A DNA stretch of 64,000 nucleotides from Macrostomum lignano (lineage: Eukaryota). Under the pieces are notes generated by a model that was given only the letters and a program-made list of their open reading frames with translations, made no database searches and had not been told where the DNA came from. The stretch spans positions 201,533-265,532 of the forward strand of contig NIVC01001581.1 in NCBI GenBank assembly GCA_002269645.1, in the 5' to 3' direction. The position numbers and the translations under genes were made by a program. Below, piece by piece: positions 59,348-64,000 of the stretch (the stretch's first letter is position 1; each line of letters begins with the position of its first letter).

Positions 59348-60606
59348 TTAGGGTGAGCCAAAAGTTTCCGGAATTTGAACAATTTAAAACTATAACAAAT
59401 AGTGTCAAGAACAAACAGTTTATAGCGATGTGATGTAGTTGCCATTCAAGGCCCTGACCCTCTCCCATCTTGCTGGCAATGCCTCAATCCCCTCCCTCCA
59501 GAAGCTCGCAGGCTTTGAATCAATCCATTTCTGCACTGCCTGCTCCACATGTTGCTTGTTGGCGAACCGCTGTCCATCACAAAAGCTCTGGAGAGACCTG
59601 AACACATGATAGTCGCATGGCGAGAGGTCTGGTGAGTATGGTGGGTGGGGCAAAACACTGTAGCCCAGGCTTGCCAGCTTGGCCTGGGTGAGTCTTGCTT
59701 TGTGAAGCCGCGCAATGTCGAAGAGGAGCACCTTGTCGCGGTGCCCCGGGCACACGGATCGCAGCAAACGGGCGATCTGCTCCAGTTCGCTGCAGATCAC
59801 CTCCGCGTTCACAGCCATGCCATGCGGGATGACCTCCCAGAAAACAGGGCCAGACGAGCAGAACCAGAGAGAGAGCAGCTCCTTGCCGCAGTGGGCGTTC
59901 CGCATTGGGCAGCTGGGTGGTTCTTCAGAAGCATCGACCCAGACGGCTGATGTGCTTGGGTTCTCATAGCAGACCCACTTCTCGTCTTGAGCGATTATCG
60001 ACTTGAGAAAGTTTGGCGAACCGGCATAGCGAAGATTCGAAGTTGCCACATCCACCCTGGCTCTCAGCTGCTGAGGTGTCAGCTCATGGGGCACCAGAGT
60101 TGGCTTCTTCGGCACCTTGTCCGCAGCATGCAGGCTCCGCCGGACCGTGCCACAGGACACCCCAGTAGCGGCTGACAACGCTGTAGTCCGGAGTGTCCTC
60201 AAGGGCTTGGAGAACGGCATCGCCATCAGCAGCAGGGGGTCGGCCTGACCTCGGCTTGTCCTTCAGCTCATAGTTCTCCTCAGCAAAGCGAGAGAACCAC
60301 TCGTACACCGACGACTTTGAGGGTGCATGTGGGCCCATCAGCTGCAACAACTCGCGATGTGCCTCGGCTGCTTTGCGTCCCGCATGAAAGTGGCTGAGCA
60401 GAATTGCTCGCCATTCAGTTCTTGGCAGTTCCATTGGATGCGTTTGCTGGCTTAAGTAGGCAGGGTCTGGGAAACTGAGCGATGTTAAGCTAAAGAGTGA
60501 TGATAAGGCTGGCCAACAGCATAGTAGATGGTTGCTGCTTTTAAGCTTTTCCATAGACAAAAATTAACTAAAAGTTCGATTCTAAAAAACTTTTGGCTCA
60601 CCCTAA
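59348..60606 (-). mobile_element. Mariner (DD34D) transposon, full length 1259 bp
   Basis: TA|ttagggtgagccaaaagttt ... aaacttttggctcaccctaa|TA, i.e. TIRs with a TA TSD; the transposase lies inside. Confidence 0.95.
59420..60434 (-). pseudogene. Mariner transposase with a single frameshift (~60200)
   Basis: ATG 60434 gives MELPRTEWRAILL...VYEWFSRF...LKDKPRSGRP (HTH). A second frame gives LVPHELT, AQDEKW, LFDIARLH and HPPYSPDLSPCDYHVF, with 34 residues between the 2nd and 3rd Asp. Confidence 0.9.
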
Positions 60607-61319
60607 TATCTTTGGAGTGGCATTATCTGGGAGCGCCAGGTTGGAGGCGCCACCTGAGGGCAGTTATTAGTTTCCAATCCAATTGAAGAGACTATCTAAA
60701 CTAGAAGTCCATGACTGTCACACATTCAATGCAACTACAATACCGTAGTTGCATGCGGGCGGAGGCCATGAGAGGAGCGATATGAGAGATCGAGGAAGTG
60801 AAATCGGCTTGGCCTGCAGTTCTTTCAAATCCTCAATAATCATATTTGGCGGGCCAATAGTTAAAGAAACCCAAAGCAGCAATGCTTTGCGAGAAGAAGA
60901 GAGTATTAAACACTTAGAAGTTTATCAGCCTATGAAGCGGTTGGTTAATTTCTTTTAACACCCCGGGCAATATCTTTTTCTCTGTGTCCCAGCCATTGCT
61001 GCGGTTTGGCTTTTTGTCATAATTTGTGAAAGTGTTTATTGCCATTTTTTTACGACCAAGCCTGGCAGACGGCCGCTAAGTTAGTGCCTTCTTTTTTACT
61101 CCACTGAGCCGCTCCGCGACTGCAGGCGTGTTGGCATTTACTCAATAAGTTTCGCTTAAGCTCGGTTTATTTTCCCTTTTAAGAGGCCGACAGTTTCAAT
61201 AGTTATAAGCTCACAGAGCCTCCACAATTATATTTTATTTGCAAGTCGCTTTCTCCTGCGAAGCTTGGCGTAATTTTGTAGACTGAAAGCATTTGCATAT
61301 CTCAAAACTGAATTTACTA

Positions 61320-61855
<536 letters not shown>

Positions 61856-63169
61856 GTGACTAGCATAACAGAATTATTTATAATTATTGAAATTGCTCAT
61901 CCGAGCGACAACTCAAACGAATGACCCGTGGGAAAATCGACATTTTATTGGCCAGTTTCGATGCGCTATGAATTCGATTTCAGCTCGGGTCATTAATAAG
62001 CCACCGATTAGACATTGACATCGGCCTGGCCCTAATTTATGAGTGTCACTGCAGCTCACTGGCAGTAGCAGAGACTATGACATCTAATACCCGAAATGAC
62101 AAATCATTTTATTCAATTGAGTCAGACTTTAAAAGATAGTCCTTATTGTTTTGTTCTGTTTTCTGTTGCTTGTTTGTTGTTGTTTGTTGTTTGTTGTCTG
62201 TTGTTTGCTATATGCTCTTTGTTCTTTGTCGTTTGCAACGACCACTGAAGTCACTTAAGTAGTCCTTGTTCGTTTGTTGTTTGTCGTTTGTTGTATGTTG
62301 TTTGTTGTTTGTTTGTTTATTGTTGTTTGTTGTCTGTTGTTTGTTGTCTGTTGTTTGTTCCTTCTTGTCTGTTGTTTGTTCCTTGTTGTCTGTTGTTTGC
62401 TTTATGTTATTTGTTATTTGTTTGTTATTTGTTGTTTGTTGTTTGTCGCTGCTTGCCTGCTTTGGTTACTGTTGAAAACTGGCTATCATTGGTTTCTCAT
62501 CCCCATCAGTTCCAAGCCGAACTCCCCAATTCGTCTTAATTATAGCTTGGCCCACTCCAAGGATAGCTTGCAGTTAATGCTTAGCACTGATTGGATTCTT
62601 ATATTTTGGTGCAGGCGGCTTGACCCGTCGCGACTCATAGTCTTTGCATTAAATTAGTCTCAAAGCTTCTGACAGTCAGGGGGCAGCAGCCGAGAGTCAG
62701 GGGGGATATGGAAGAGGCCACTCAGCGATAAAAACTCTATCAAAACCGACTCAGAAAAACACAGGGCTTGAGCTCTCAAGATTGGATGACGCTGCTATTG
62801 CTCGTAAGGAGAAGCTGGGCAGCCGGGATGGCGGGGGATTCTGGGCAATCAACTCCATCATTTCTCTTATCCGGTTTCATTTCGCCTCGGAGGCCCTGAC
62901 CTCCATTATGAAGATATTAATGCAATTAAGCTTGGGCTCGACTTTAGCCCTGCGATATCGGAGACCCGCAGTTCTTGTCCATCCTTGATGTTTGGCATTG
63001 GAAAACCCCCAAGGCTTGATGTACATGCCGGACATTTAGAAAGTCGGGCCGCTGTGTGAGCCCGTCTGTCTCTACACTACAAAATATTAGGGGCTTGCTG
63101 AGTTTGCAGGGATGCAGGGTTTGAGAAATGAAGAGTTGATTTGAGGAATGAAAGGCTTGTTGAAGGGAG

Positions 63170-63870
63170 GAAGGTTTGGAAGAATGAAGGGTTGGAAGAA
63201 TGAAGGGTTGGAAGAATGAAGGGTTGGAAGAATGAAGGGTTGGAAGAACGAAGGGTTGGAAGAATGAAGGGATGGAAGAATGAAGGGTTGGAAGAATGAA
63301 GGGATGGAAGAATGAAGGGTTGGAAGAATGAAGGATTGGAAGAATGAAGGGTTGAAAGAATGAAGGGTTGAAGAAATGCAGGGTTGGAAGAATGAAAGGT
63401 TGGAGAAATGCAGGGTTGGAAGAATGAAGGGTTGGAAGAATGAAGGGTTGGAAGAATGAAGGGTTGGAAGAATGAAGGGTTGGAAGAATGAAGGGTTGGA
63501 AGAATGAAGGGTTGAAAGAATGAAAGGTTGGAGAAATGCAGGGTTGGAAGAATGAAGGGTTGGAAGAATGAAGGGTTGGAGAAATGCAGGGTTGGAAGAA
63601 TGAAGGGTTGGAAGAATGAAGGGTTGGAAGAATGCAGGTTGGAAGAATGAAAGGTTGGAGAAATGCAGGTTGGAAGAATGAAGGATTGGAAGAATGAAGG
63701 GTTGAAAGAATGAAGGGTTGGAGAAATGCAGGGTTGGAAGAATGAAGGGTTGGAAGAATGAAGGGTTGGAAATGCAGGGTTGGAAGAATGAAAGGTTGGA
63801 GAAATGCAGGGTTGGAAGAATGAAGGGTTGGAAGAATGAAAGGTTGGAGAAATGCAGGGTTGGAAGAATA
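63170..63870 (+). repeat. 16-bp minisatellite (gaagaatgaagggttg)
   Basis: Visible. Confidence 0.92.
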
Positions 63871-64000
63871 TGAAGTTGGAGAATTGCATGGAAATGAAGA
63901 TTTGGATGAATAAAAATATACTAGCGCTGATATTTGACGAAATAAAAGTAAAGCAATTAAAAAGCCTCGAGTGTTTCGCAAATGCTACCCAGTTGTTACA

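Noticed and set aside
62680-63075. Possible terminal exon of a gene extending beyond the right edge
   Set aside because: Only short open frames without recognisable homology or clear splice phase.

Overview
Eukaryotic (animal) genomic DNA with intron-containing genes and very dense micro/minisatellites. The mix of GC-rich exons, (GATA)n/(GACA)n arrays and satellite-filled introns resembles a free-living flatworm such as Macrostomum; this is inference only. Gene models were reconstructed by hand from GT-AG sites and reading-frame phase. From left to right: an MZB1/pERp1-like gene (-, runs off the left edge); two tandem PLAC8/cornifelin-family genes (+); an orphan class A GPCR (+); a monofunctional PHM copper monooxygenase (-); a 9-exon Delta-like C2-DSL-5xEGF membrane protein (-); a ~21 kb gene (+) joining 7 Ig I-set domains to smoothelin motifs and a C-terminal CH domain; a divergent non-alpha nicotinic-receptor-like Cys-loop subunit (-); and a probable pseudogene of a secreted Cys-rich protein (-). 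Mobile DNA includes a near-intact DD34D mariner, an internally deleted Tc1/IS630-like element, several MITEs (one only 72 bp) and a tRNA-headed CORE-type SINE. The strongest leads are: (i) the Cys-loop subunit, which lacks ~47 aa of ligand-binding loops D/A and has Thr at M2 9' and 16'; (ii) the Ig-smoothelin fusion with an intronic CArG+TATA candidate promoter; (iii) the Delta-like tail carrying SH2/SH3/PDZ-type motifs and a coding VNTR; (iv) a Met-rich tail on PHM. No rRNA, bona fide tRNA or CRISPR array was seen. Most long ORFs in the supplied track are translations of tandem repeats.
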